Assembly (NCBI GenBank): GCA_963791045.1
Contig: CAWBQK010000011.1
Location: 32,001 to 96,000, forward strand
DNA: 64,000 nt
Source: Candidatus Latescibacterota bacterium
GTDB lineage: Bacteria; Krumholzibacteriota; Krumholzibacteriia; WVZY01
Reading direction: 5' to 3'
The translations under genes and the position numbers were made by a program. Positions 10,904 to 22,366 of the stretch are shown here, piece by piece. The notes under the pieces are model-generated. The model was not told the origin of the DNA and did no database searches. It was given only the letters and a program-made list of their open reading frames with translations. Positions within the stretch are counted from its first letter, which is position 1. Each line of letters starts with the position of its first letter.

Positions 10904-13520
10904 GTGCATTCTGCCCGGCTCGCCGGGTTTTCCCTCATCTTCCTCGTCCTTCTCGCGGCCGCCGCGGGGGGGAGGAATGTGGAAGAGACGGCCCCTCCCG
11001 GAAGTGCCTCTCCCCCACCGGAATACCGGGTGCAATGGAAGGCGGCGGGCACCATGGCGCCCGCGGGCCTGCCGGGGGCTGCCGCCGAAGGGAAGCGGCT
11101 TGTATCGGAAGGTAACCGGCGTCTGCTCATACAGTTCCACGAGAAGCCGGACCCCGATCGGCTTGAAAGGGCAGGATTGACGTTGCTCACGTATGTCCCC
11201 CGGGATACATGGATCACCGCCGTGGGTGACGGGGCGGATTGGGCGGCCGTGGCGGAGGAGATCCGCTGGGTCGGACCGATCCCGGTGGAAGCGAAGATCG
11301 CGCCCGCCCTGGCGGAGAAGGCGCTCGGCAAGAGGGCCGGGACTCTCCCCCTCCGGGTCCGTTTCCACGAGGATGTGGATATGTACGAGGGGGCGACGAT
11401 CATCTCCGCGGCCGGAGGGACGCCCGTCCTCGGCCGGACCGTCTTCCACGGGTTCGACGCGAACCTCCCGGTGACCGCGCTCGACTCGCTCGCCGCGAAG
11501 GACGAGGTCCTCTGGATCGGTGCGCCTCTTCCCCCCCGGTGCCGGCGAACGACGGCATCCGGAGAAACGGCAATATCGATTCGGTCCACGCCGCGCCCCT
11601 CTCGATCGGGGGATCGGGCGTGACGGCGGGTATCTGGGACGGCGGTCCCGTGGACGCCCACACCGACTTCTCGGGCCGCCTGCTCGTGGTGGATACGGGC
11701 GCGCCGACCTCCGACCACGCCACCCATGTGGCCGGGACACTCGGCGGTTCGGGGGCGCTCTCCTCCATCTTCGGCGCGTCGCCGAATCAATGGCGGGGGG
11801 TCGCGCCGAGCTGCTCGCTCCTCTCGTACGATTTTACGGCGATATCCCCGGCGAGTACGGATCGGCGATCACCACGTACGACGTGGATCTCACCTCCAAC
11901 TCGTGGGTGCTCGCCATCGACCAGGCCGCGTATAACAACTGCTACTTCTACGGCGACTACGACGGCTACGCCCCCGAGTTCGATGCGGTCGTCGCCGGAT
12001 ACTTCGGGAAGCGGATTCCGATCATCGTCGCCGCGGGGAACGAGCGAAACGACGGCGATTGCGCCATCGCCGCCCGGAGCGGATACGCCTCGGTACCTCC
12101 GCCGGGAACGGCGAAGAACGTGATCACCGTGGGCGCCATCAATACGAACAACTCGTCGATGACCACCTTCTCCGGCTACGGTCCCGTCGACGACGGGCGT
12201 GTGAAGCCGGACCTCGTCGCCGGCGGCTGCCAGTCGAGCTACAACTACTCGATCTGGTCGACCTGGCCCGGTGATACGTACGGGGCCGCTTATTATTGCG
12301 GCACATCGATGGCGACCCCGGCCGTGTCGGGGGCGGTGGCCCTTCTGATCGAATCGTGGGGGGCGGGGGGCGACGGGCCATGGCCCTCGACGTTGAAAGC
12401 GCTCCTTCTCGGAACGGCGGATGATCTCGGCAACCCCGGGCCGGATTACCGATTCGGCTACGGGGGGATGAATGTGAAGCGGGCCGTGGATCGCATCGGG
12501 TTCGCCACGGTGATCGAAGACAGCGTCGGCCACGGCGGCGTCCGGGAGTGGACTTTCCCGGTCCCCGCCGGATTCGCGGAGCTCAAGGTCACTCTCGTGT
12601 GGGACGACCCGGCCGGAACGCGCCCTGGCGAATCCGGCACTGGTGAACGATCTCGATCTCCTGCTCGTTCCGCCGACGGCGCCCATCGAGTACCCGTTCG
12701 TACTCGATCCGGCGAATCCGGCCGCATCGGCGACGACCGGCGCCGATCACCTGAACAACGTGGAACAGGTGGTCGCCCTGTCACCGGAAGAAGGCACATG
12801 GACGGTCCGTGTCACGGGCGGAAACGTGCCGGTCGGAGCGAGCCAGACATTCTCGATCGTCGGTATCGACACGATGCCGCCGGACACGCCCGATTCCCTC
12901 CGAAGCGACCACCGTGAACGATACGACCCTCGGGCTCATCTTCGCCCCGCCGGACGAAGCGGACGGGGTGGGCGTGCTCCTCGTCCGGAGTTCGTCCGCC
13001 GTGAGCTGGGCGCCCGACGACGGCGCGACGTACGCCGCCGGCGATCCGCTTCCCGGGGATCTCGTCGTCGTGGACACGTCGAGCGGTTCCGCGCATACCG
13101 ACTCGGGGCTCTCTGGTGGGCCACCGGTATCACTACGCCGCGTTCGCCTTCGATCGATTCCACAATTACTCGGCCGGCGCGGCGTCGAGCGCCGCGACGA
13201 GCGGCGGGGCCACGGCCGTACCGATCGCGGGGGGCGTTCCGGCCCTCTTCCGGCTCCACCCGGCGAGGCCGAACCCGTTCAATCCGATCACGCACCTCCG
13301 GTTCGACCTCCCCGAGCCGGCGCCGGTGACACTCGAGATTTACTCGCTTCAAGGCCGCCTGGTCCGGGTCCTCGTGAACGAGACCTTGACCTCCGGTTCG
13401 TACGAGGAGATCTGGGACGGCACGGGCTCACGGGGAGAAGAGGTCGCCTCCGGCGTCTACTTCGCCCGCCTCCGCAAGGGGGACGAGATCGTGACTCAGA
13501 GGCTCACGTTACTGCGATAA
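10904..13520 (+). CDS. Secreted S8 (subtilase) serine peptidase with a C-terminal FlgD/T9SS-like domain (several apparent frameshifts)
   Basis: Signal peptide; triad motifs IWDGG, HATHVAGT and GTSMATPAVSG; AAGNE; C-terminal PNPFNPIT..GRLVRVL..WDG..VASGVYF. Confidence 0.9.
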
Positions 13521-13645
13521 TGGAAGGAACCGGAAAGGAAAGGGGCGGACGCAAAGACGCAAAGGGGGCAAAGGCCGCTAAAAGCTTTCTTCTTTCCAAA
13601 CCTCCACCGCAATAGCGGTTTTCACGCAGATACACTGGTGCACGG

Positions 13646-13827
13646 GTCGGCCGGGATCCGAACGGGGTTCGTCGCGAGGATCGGGAGCGTGGGGCGAGAG
13701 GTCGCTTCGGACGAGTCGGCACCCGGAATCGTAGCCTTAGCTACGATGAGGATGCCGACGAAGGAGAAGGGGCCTCGCAGCCCGCGATCCCGATCCGCAG
13801 CAGAAGCCCGTTCGGATCCCGGCCGAC
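13646..13827. repeat. About 180-bp nested inverted repeat (MITE/REP-like) between convergent genes
   Basis: Perfect 21-bp outer arms GTCGGCCGGGATCCGAACGGG / CCCGTTCGGATCCCGGCCGAC, inner GGATCGGGA/TCCCGATCC, apical ATCGTAGC-ctta-GCTACGAT. Confidence 0.85.
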
Positions 13828-13836
13828 AAACGTTCT

Positions 13837-14250
13837 TTACCGCTTGATGAAGACGCCCAGGTTTTCGTTCAGCTTCGGATCGCCGTTGCCGTGGGATTTA
13901 TGGTTGCGGTAGTGGGCGGTGAAGGCGTCCTTGATCCGATCGTAATCCGCCTCGTCACTCGAGGGGAAGTACCTTACCTCCTGGTGAAGCATCCCGTCCT
14001 CTTCGGCGAAATAAAAGAGCTCCACCTGCGTGACCGGCTCGTACTCGATGCCCGCGTAACTCGACTCGGTCGCCGCGCCCCGCTCGAACCAGAGAGACGC
14101 CTTCGGATCGGACACCTCGAAATGATGCCGCTCTTCCATCAGAGATTTCCAGAGATTGAATATATCGAGGGGAACGAAACGCGGGCTGGCGGGGGCGTCC
14201 GGCATGTCGTTTCGCCGGACGAAACACTTGACGATCTTCTCCGTCGCCAT
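13837..14250 (-). CDS. Hypothetical protein (137 aa)
   Basis: Intact ORF with host-like codon usage and GAGGGGAG RBS; no family recognised. Confidence 0.75.
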   Translation of the reverse strand: MATEKIVKCFVRRNDMPDAPASPRFVPLDIFNLWKSLMEERHHFEVSDPKASLWFERGAATESSYAGIEYEPVTQVELFYFAEEDGMLHQEVRYFPSSDEADYDRIKDAFTAHYRNHKSHGNGDPKLNENLGVFIKR

Positions 14251-14425
14251 GGGCTCCCCTCTTCCGGGCGAGATTCCCACCGGGGAACAGAACGACGACT
14301 GAGTAAGTAGACGGTGGGAGCGTCCGCCAACCCTTGGAGGTTAAGGGATCGGGGAGGCTTCGTCAAGAAGAACCAAATCGAGCGGTCATAACTTCACATG
14401 ATTCCTTCGATCCTATTCCTCCCCC

Positions 14426-14499
14426 CTCCATGTCCTTCGAGTTCTTCATGGTGAATCTCCGATCCGAATATAACCACGAAGGGCACGAAGAACACGGAG
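14426..14499. repeat. Imperfect inverted repeat built from 9-nt tandem units
   Basis: Arm ACCACGAAGGGCACGAAGAACACGGAG (14473-14499) versus reverse complement of 14426-14452, ACCATGAAGAACTCGAAGGACATGGAG. Confidence 0.7.
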
Positions 14500-14533
14500 A
14501 GGAGAGTGCAGAAGGAGAAGAGATGCCCTTCGA

Positions 14534-16557
14534 TCAGCCGGCCCGGAGCGTACGGGGAAGGACGCCGGGAGAGAGGGTGCGCGCGAAAGCTTCGGCACGG
14601 GCGATCTCGAGAAGATCGGCGTCCCGGATCAGGTCCGCCGCGCCGAGTCCGAGAGGCCCGTGCTGCCGCTCGCCGAGAAGATCCCCCGTTCCCCGGAGGC
14701 GAAGGTCCTCTTCGGCGATCCGGAATCCGTCCCGTTCCCCTTCGAGAACGGCGAGCCGTTCCTCGCCTTGGGGGGTGAACGGTCCCCGGGTGACGAGGTA
14801 GCACCACGAAGGGAGGTCGCTCCGGCCGACCCGCCCGCGAATCTGATGGAGCTGGGATAGGCCGAACCGGTCGGCGTTCTCGACGATCATCACCGTCGCC
14901 CGCGGAAGGTCGACACCCACTTCGACCACCGTGGTGGCGACGAGAATGTCGATCTCGCCGCGCCGCAATTGATCGATCGTCTCGATCCGTTCCGGCGGCG
15001 GGAAGGCGCCCGTGAAGAAGCCCCACGGACCGGCCCTTGAAGAAACCCTTCGCCAGCTTGTCCGCCGCCTGCACCGCCGCCTTCAGATCCCCCTTCTCGC
15101 TCTCCTCGACGAGGGGGAAGAGAACGAAACCCTGTTCCCCGGCATCCACCCTCTCCCGGAGCCGCTCGTACGCTTCCTTCGCCCCCTTGTCGGCCACCCG
15201 TTTCGTCTCCACCGGCTTCCGCCCGGGGGGAGCGTCTTGATGATGGAGAGATCGAGATCGCCGTACAGGGTGAGGGCGAGGGAACGGGGGATGGGCGTCG
15301 CCGAGAGCAGAAGGAAGTGGGCCTTGTCCCCTTTCCCGGGAAGGAGGGCCCGCTGCCTCACGCCGAAGCGATGCTGCTCGTCGACGACCGCCAGGGCGAG
15401 ATTGCGGAAGCGGGTCGTCTCCTGCAGGAGGGCGTGTGTGCCGACGACGAGGAGGTCCTCACCCGGAGGCGACCCTCTCCCGCACGCGCCGCGCTTCCGC
15501 CGGGGTGAGGTCGCCGGTCAGGAGCGCCGGCGCCACGCCGAGGGGCCCGAAGGCGTCGGTGAGAACCCGGTGGTGCTGCCGGGCGAGCACCTCCGTCGGC
15601 GCCAGGAGCGCCGCCTGACCGCCATGCCCGGCGGCCCACGCCATGGCGGCGGCGGCGACGACGGTCTTCCCCGATCCGACATCGCCGATCGAGGAGCCGC
15701 TCCATCGGACGGCCCGATTCGAGATCGGTCCGGATTTCGCCCAGGCATTTCTCCTGGTCCGGGGTGAGCCGGTAGGGCAGGCCCTTCATGAAAGGCCCGT
15801 AGAACCGGCCCGGATCGGGGTGACCGTGGGGCGTCCTCGCCTTCGCCCGGATCCGGGTGGCGATCGCGAAGGCGGATTGCAGGCGGTAGAGCTCCTCGAA
15901 GACGAAGCGGCGTCTCCCGAGGGCCGCTTCCTCCGGCGCCTCGGGTCGATGGACGGACCGGAGGGATTCGGCCCACGCCGGCAGGCCGTACTTTTCGCGA
16001 AGGTCCGCGGGGAGCGAATCCCTCCCCGCCGGCAGCCGCTCGAGGGCGTGCCGGATCGCGCGCCGGAGCGTCCGGGGCGGCACCCTCGGAATGACGGGGT
16101 ACCGGGAAACGATCCGCTCGAACTCGGACTCCTCCCCCTCACGAACGACTTCGAACCGGGGATGGAGAAAGGCGGGAGGCTTTCCGCCGAGGGACCCCTT
16201 CAGAAGAATCCGGGCGCCCGGTTTCAGGGATTTGGCGAGGTAGGCCGCGTGGAACCAAAGACAGCGGGCGGTACCGGTTTCATCCGCGACGCGCGCGTCG
16301 ACCACGGACCGGCGCCATCCCCGCCGGAGGAGTTTGATCGATTCGAGACGAACGTCGAGAACCGCCGTCTCCCCTTCGGAAACGTCGGCCACTTTCCGCT
16401 TCTCTCCCGGCAGGATGTACTCCCGCGGGAAGAGCCGCAGAAGATCGCCGACCGTGGCGATCCCCCGTGATGCGAGGTCTTCGGATCGGGCGGGGCCGAT
16501 GCCGGGGAGATCGTGGACCGGGGCGTCCGGATCGATGATGGTGGGGGACGGGCTCAA
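14534..16557 (-). CDS. recG: ATP-dependent DNA helicase RecG (several apparent frameshifts)
   Basis: Wedge/OB N-terminus, [17 protein letters not shown] Walker [73 protein letters not shown]. Confidence 0.95.
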
Positions 16558-18110
16558 TCGTCATCCCCCGGTTTCCATGGGAGAAGATAGAGCTCGCCCG
16601 AATCCCGCCGCTCGTCGTTGGGACCGTCGCCGAGCATGGTGCCGGCGATCAGGCGAGCGACGCCGTCGATGGTCCCGTCGGCGAGGAGGGTCGCGATCTT
16701 GTCCCCCCGGGTCGGGCCGAGGAGCATCAGGTCCGCTTCTTCTTCGGCGTAGTCGATGACCGGGCGGAGCGCCGACTGCCGTCCGCCGAGGGTGGCGTAC
16801 ACCATCCCGGCGTCCAGGCGCCGGCCGCCGGGGCCGTCGTGGAGGAGGGAGGAGATGATCAGGTCTTCGTAGCCGTCCTCGTTCCAGTCGAAGAGATGGA
16901 GAATCGATCCGAGCTGGTCTCCGGGCTCGGCCCCGTAGATCGTGAGGTCCGCCCCCATGGCGAGATCGATCGCGTCCCCGGGGCGGGTTCCCGAGCCGCC
17001 GAAGAGAAGGTACACCTCGCCGCAGTTGTCCCGGGAGTTGTCCGGGCCGTCGCCGAGGCCCGCGCCGACGCGAGGTCGTCCCGGCCGTCGCCGTCGAAGT
17101 CGCCGGCCGCGATGGCGACACCCGCGCCGTCATACGGTTCGGCGCCGTAGATCGTGAAGTCCGTCCCCTCCTCGACGACCCGGTCCCCCTCGAATCGAAG
17201 GCCGTCGCCGAAGAGGACGAAGACCTCTCCCCCGTTGGTCCTGCTGTTGGCGGGGCCGTCGGCGAATCCGCATCCGAGAAAGAGATCGGGCGCGCCGTCG
17301 CCGTTCCAATCGCCGACGACCATGGCGTTGCCGAGTGCGTCCGACTCGTCCGACCCGTGAGAGGACCGGAATATCGGCGAGGGAAAGATCCAGCCGGCCT
17401 TCCAGGTCGGCCCGGCGGGAGCCGTAGATCACGTAAACCGCGCCCGCGTCGCGCCGATCCATGTCCCGTCCGGCCGATCCCACGGCGGCGACGAGCATGT
17501 CGTCCTTCCCGTCCCGGTCGAGATCCTCCACGACGATGCGGCGCCCGAGCCGATCCCCTTCGAAACGCCCCACGATGATCGCGTCCGGGCGGCGGTTGAG
17601 ATCGACGACCTTTTTCGTCCCGCCGTCGGAGCCGCCGAGAAGGAGAACGCCTCGCCGGAGCGGGGACGGAGAGAGTCGGCGGGGCCGTCGGAGTAGCGGG
17701 CGCCGATGAGGAGATCGGTGATGCCGTCACCGTCGTAGTCCCCGGTGTCCACCGCGGATCCGATACGGCTCTTCGCCTCGCCGCCGTAGATCACGGAAGC
17801 GCCGAGGGGGGCCGTCTCCCTCCTCTCCAGGATCCCGCCGAAGTAGACGTACACCTCGCCGCAACGGGGTCCTGGTTTTCGGGGGCCGTCGGCGAGCCAC
17901 GCGCCGAGGATCACGTCGTCGTACCCGTCGCCGTCGAGATCCCCGAAGCGGACCTGGACGCCCATTTCATCTTCCTCGTCGGCGCCGAGGAATCGATAGT
18001 CGAATCGCTAGGCGAGATCGATCGAGAACCGTTCCCCCTCGTCCGCCGTCCGCGGAGAAGGGCGAAGAGAAAGAAGAGCCGCCGTCGAGCAGCATCAATC
18101 CGATTTTCAC
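16554..18110 (-). CDS. FG-GAP/integrin-alpha repeat secreted protein (frameshifted)
   Basis: About 7 units of GD[LFYW][DN]GDG..D..GA..ADGP...GEVYV.FG. Confidence 0.85.
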
Positions 18111-18120
18111 GATGGAATCC

Positions 18121-18962
18121 TCAGGGGAAGATCGATCGTCACGGTCCCTTCGAACACCTCTTCGCACCAGCCCCGGAGAAGAAGGCCGTCCTCTTTCTCC
18201 TCGAGCTCCGAGCTCTCCCCCCTTCATGGTGACGACCACCTCCGGGTCCGACCAGGCCTTTCCGGCGGGCGACGGTGAACGCGCCCGACGCACCGGTCCC
18301 GGAAGCCTCGACGGCCCCACGCCCCGTTCCCAGAGCTCGAGCTCGATCCGGCCGGCGTCGACCACGCGGGCGAAGTCGACGTTCGCCCGTTCGGGAAAGA
18401 CGGAGTGCCGCTCGATCTCGGGGCCGATCTCCCGCCAGTTCGATTCGTCCCAACCCTCGAGGACGACCGCCTGGGGATTGCCGATGTTGACGCACGAAAT
18501 CCGAACGGTGCGGTCCGAGAGAGGAATGTCGATATCGATCGCCTCGTCCCCCTCCCACCGGACGGGGACATGGTCGGGATGGAACCGGGGCGCGAGAATC
18601 CGCGACGCCATTCGGAGACGGCGGCCCGATCGCTCCTCCACAGGTGACGGGAAACGCCCGCGACGGTTTCGACCGACGCGGCAGTCGTCCTCCCCTTCGC
18701 CGCGATTCAGGATGTACATGGCGGCGCAGCGGGTGCCGTTTCCCGACATCTCTCCTTCGCTTCCGTCGGGATTGAAGATGCGGAGGAGAACGTCGGCATG
18801 TTCGGAATGATGAAGGACGAGCTAGGTATCGGCGCCGACGCCGCTCTTCCTGTCGCACAGGATCTCGGCCAGGCGGGCGGGATCGGGAACGGGCACGCGG
18901 CGGCCGTCGACCAGGACGAAATCGTTCCGGAGGGCCTGGACTTTGGTAAACGGGATGTTCAT
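18121..18962 (-). CDS. dapF: Diaminopimelate epimerase (frameshifted)
   Basis: FTKVQALRNDFV, CDRKSGVGAD, IFNPDGSEGEMSGNGTRC, NIGNPQAV, FPERANVDF, WERGVG..ASGTGA. Confidence 0.88.
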
Positions 18963-19132
18963 GGCGTGCCTCGTTCGGTGTCCGGGATTCGTGGTTCGTC
19001 CTTCATCGCGAGCATACCCGTGAACAGGACAAGCGGCAAGGGGAGAGAGAATGGAGAGTGCGTGGAGTGCCACGCACTCCCGAAAGAATGGCCGGCGGGG
19101 CGGGGGACCGGCATCGGGAGGGGGCGGTTCTA

Positions 19133-19198
19133 CTCCCCGTTCGTCCTGAGTGACTTCGAGCGAAGCGAGAAGTTGTATCGAAGGATGAACCGGCGGGG
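19133..19198 (+). repeat. REP-like palindrome, family A copy 2
   Basis: CTCCCCGTTCGTCCTGAGTG-hairpin-TGTATCGAAGGATGAACCGG. Confidence 0.8.
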
Positions 19199-19465
19199 AC
19201 CCGCGGGGGCTTTCCCGGAGGACACGGCTCCGAGCCGCTTCGCGTCTCTCGCCTCGGCGAGCTCGCCGACCCGTGCGGAGGTTAGGGACACGGACGCGGG
19301 AAACGGAAAGACGATGCGTCGCGTCCCTAACCCCTCGCCCAGGTACCCCGACTCGTCTCCACGGTCCTGCGGAAAAGCCTCGGCTTCAAGGCCTCGCCCC
19401 GCCGGAAGGAGAGGAAGCGGAAAAAGCGGAGTAGGCGGGCCTCCGGCCCGCCGGTTTTTGATCTT

Positions 19466-19492
19466 GTCATCCCCGCGCAGGCGGGGATCCAG
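19466..19492 (+). repeat. Short REP/dRS3-like palindrome
   Basis: GTCATCCCCGC-GCAG-GCGGGGATCCAG. Confidence 0.7.
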
Positions 19493-19506
19493 GAAATCCA
19501 ATTCCC

Positions 19507-19570
19507 CTCCCCTGTTCATCCTTCGATACACCGCCCGAGGGACCGGGCGGCACTCAGGACGAACGGGGAG
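19507..19570 (-). repeat. REP-like palindrome, family A copy 3 (inverted)
   Basis: Reverse complement CTCCCCGTTCGTCCTGAGTG-CCGCCCG..CGGGCGG-TGTATCGAAGGATGAACAGGGGAG. Confidence 0.8.
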
Positions 19571-19738
19571 AATCTAACCTGTCATAGGGCTTCGGAGCGA
19601 GTGGACTGAACACCCCCGATCCCATCAGCTTTGCAATGAGTCGGGGACATACACCTCCCGAGCCTCCGGCTCGGTGATGGAATGGAGTCTCCCGGGTGTG
19701 TGTCCCCGTCCGGGCGCGTACCGCAGGCGAGCACCGAT

Positions 19739-19838
19739 ATTCCAGGGTGCAGAAGAGGAGTCGGAGGAAGACAGCCAGTTTGTAATGAGTGGAAACCATT
19801 CCAGGGTGCAGAGGAGGAGTCCAAGGAAACAGCCACTT
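19739..19838. repeat. Imperfect tandem direct repeat, 59-bp period
   Basis: ATTCCAGGGTGCAGAAGAGGAGTCGGAGGAAGACAGCCAGTT (19739) versus ATTCCAGGGTGCAGAGGAGGAGTCCAAGGAAACAGCCACTT (19798). Confidence 0.85.
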
Positions 19839-19861
19839 CGGAGTGAGGATGAGTTTCCTAT

Positions 19862-20830
19862 CTACGGAATCCAGTAGATCTTGAGGCCGATGTGATCGGC
19901 GAAGTCCGCCGGGCCGGGTGCGTGGGCGTACTCGAGCATGCCGCCGATGTGGCCGTACACTTCGTTCCCGATCCCGAATCCGTACGTCACGTCGGCCCGC
20001 TCCGAGTCGGCATCCCACAGGTAGCCGACACGGATGGCGACGACACCGGAGAGCTTCAGCTCGGTGCCGACACCGCCGCCGAGGCGGGTGTCCACGTCGT
20101 CGATCTCCCGGGGAAGCCAATGCAGGTCGCCGGAAAAGACGAAGCCCGTCCCCCGTTCCTTCTCCCATCGCGCCGACAGCCCGGTCCTGACCGTCAGGGG
20201 AAGATCCGTTTCCGTCATGCCCACATCGAAAGAGGGTCCGAAGTTCTGGACCGCGAGGGCGTACCGCCACTGCAGGGGAAGATCGTTGCGGTGCACCCGA
20301 TCCCATACGCGGAGCAGACCCAGGTGGACACCACCCGTGACATCGCCATCCAAGGCGTCCAGGTCCGACCGGTGCTGATAGCCGAAGAGGGTCGCGCCGA
20401 TCGCGTACTTCCCGCCGATCCGGCGACCGTATCCGACGAGAAAAGTCGGTTCGTTGATGTCCGCGGGAACGATCCGCTCGTCGCTCACGGGAAACGCCGC
20501 GTTCTGTTCCTGCCGGAGAAGGAGCGCCGCCCCGAATACTCCACCGAGCCCCCGGAGGCCGTTCGCGGAAAAGACCCGGTCCCGCCAGTCGGTCGGTCAC
20601 ACCGGTGACCTCGTCATGAGGCGCCGCGTAGAAAAGATACCCGTCCTGGAAAGCGAGCCCCGCCGGGTTGATCCACAGATTGCTCTCGTGCGCGGGAAGG
20701 GAGACGACCGCGTTTCCCATGCCGAAGCCCGAAGCGGAGTATGAGGCCAGGGGAAAGAGCCCCGCCTCGAAAGCACGGCCTGTCCGGCGATCGAGATGGA
20801 ACAGTAGGGCGAGGGGTAGGATTTTTTCAT
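19862..20830 (-). CDS. PorV/PorQ-like (FadL-type) outer-membrane beta-barrel protein (frameshifted)
   Basis: FGMGNAVVS..LWINPAGLA N-terminal motif, VQNFGP, LPLTVRTG, AIRVGY, TYGFGI. Confidence 0.75.
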
Positions 20831-20950
20831 GATGCCACACCATAACCAGAGGAACCGGGCATGTCAATCGTGATAGGCCGGCGGAGCGGGGGCACATCGG
20901 CGGCCGGTTTTCATCGCCCGGCGGGAAGGAGAATCGGCCCTCCGCCCAAT

Positions 20951-20981
20951 AAAAAAAGGCGCCCCCCATCGGCGGGCGCCT
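20951..20981 (-). terminator. Intrinsic terminator
   Basis: Minus strand AGGCGCCC..GGGCGCC followed by T7, just downstream of the 21006 stop. Confidence 0.75.
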
Positions 20982-21005
20982 GGAATCTATCGTTCAAATC
21001 ACGCA

Positions 21006-21905
21006 CTAGGTTCGCAGGAGAACGTACTTCCCGCCGAAGTCGAACACCTCGAGCTGGAACCGCCCGGCCACGCCACTGCTTTCCGCCTCGCGCCGCGGGT
21101 AAAGCTCCGTGATATAGCCGCCGATGCCGAACCGGCGCCCCGACGCTTCGTGCCCTTCGAGGAGAAGCATGACGCCGTCCTCATCCATGGGCAGAAGTTC
21201 GAACTTCTTGCCGCCTACCATGACGTAGTAGACATCGTTCGGTCCCTTGTCCTTGTCATAGGTGTTCACTCCCGGACGAATCCGGCTCGTCCTCCGGCAT
21301 ATCGTCACCTTCCGCGACATCGATCACTTCGTCAGATAACGAGCTCTTCCTCATCCTCGTGCCCCGTCTTTCACGACCTCCGTTCCGGGAATCGACTCGA
21401 CGCCCCCCTTCACCCAGATCTTCTTGTCCACCATTTCCCGGGGAACGATCTCTTCCCAGGTCGTCAGGTCGACCTTCTCGTAAAACGAGATGTCGTACAG
21501 ACGATGGTCGACGACGAGGGGAAGTTCGGATTCGGCGATCACCCACTGAGCGTCGATGATCTCCCCATTCAATTCATAGCCCTGGAGACGGAGATGGGGA
21601 TAAGGGTTGGGCCATTTCTTGACGAGAAGATGGAAGTCCCGCCCTCGAATTCGGCCCAGTAACGGTAGAGCCGGTCCGCCGCGAGGATCTGAACGGTCCG
21701 GCCGTCCTTCAGGAGGGCGAAGCCCCCTTTCACGGCGACCACCTCGGGTGAGGCGATCCGGTAGGTGTCGGTTTTACTCAGGACCGCCCCGCCCATGGCG
21801 TCGGCGAGTGAGGCGTCTTCGTACTTCTCGCCCCCCCCGAACACACCACAGGAAAGCGTGAGGGCGGCCAAGAAAAAGCGCGATGGTAAGCGCGGGCATG
21901 CGCAT
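21006..21905 (-). CDS. Hypothetical lipoprotein (frameshifted over several ORF pieces)
   Basis: Lipobox LTLSC; contiguous host-codon pieces 21569-21871, 21351-21572 and 21006-21320. Confidence 0.65.
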
Positions 21906-22215
21906 GAGAATCCCCCCCGGGGTGCTTGGTTCCACGTTCATTCCGGGTCTAAAAGCTACCACCCGATCCACTCCACTGTCAACCGAGTTCAAAGTAGACG
22001 AGCTTCAGGTCAATCCATTTAGAAACAACGGCTTCGAAGATGGAGAAGAAGCCGGGAGTGTGAAGAAGACTCCGTCGTGAGCGTCTGGATGACACAGCGA
22101 GAGGCCGACTTTCACCCTTCGCGCTTCCGCGCTTCGGGTACTCCCGGCGCCGACCCGCCGTCGCTTCGCTCCGACAGGTACCCCGGCGCGGTCGCCGGCC
22201 TCCGAGGGCACCCGT

Positions 22216-22267
22216 CGGGTACTTGGATCTTATCGTGACCACCCGGAACGATAAGTCCTAGTACCCG
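22216..22267. repeat. Imperfect inverted repeat near the segment junction
   Basis: CGGGTACTTGGATCTTATCGT...ACGATAAGTCCTAGTACCCG. Confidence 0.6.
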
Positions 22268-22366
22268 GGGGGGGCAAGCGGGGCCATGAGATCCTCCCCG
22301 GGCGCTAACACTTATCGCTCCTAACCGTCACGATACGTGAAGGCGCCCGGACGAGGGCGCCGTTGA

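Noticed and set aside
19739-19850. Mini CRISPR array
   Set aside because: Only two diverged units with an interval of about 17 bp and no cas genes.
18963-19860. Lysine riboswitch upstream of dapF
   Set aside because: No L-box consensus recognised; the hairpins are explained by repeat families.
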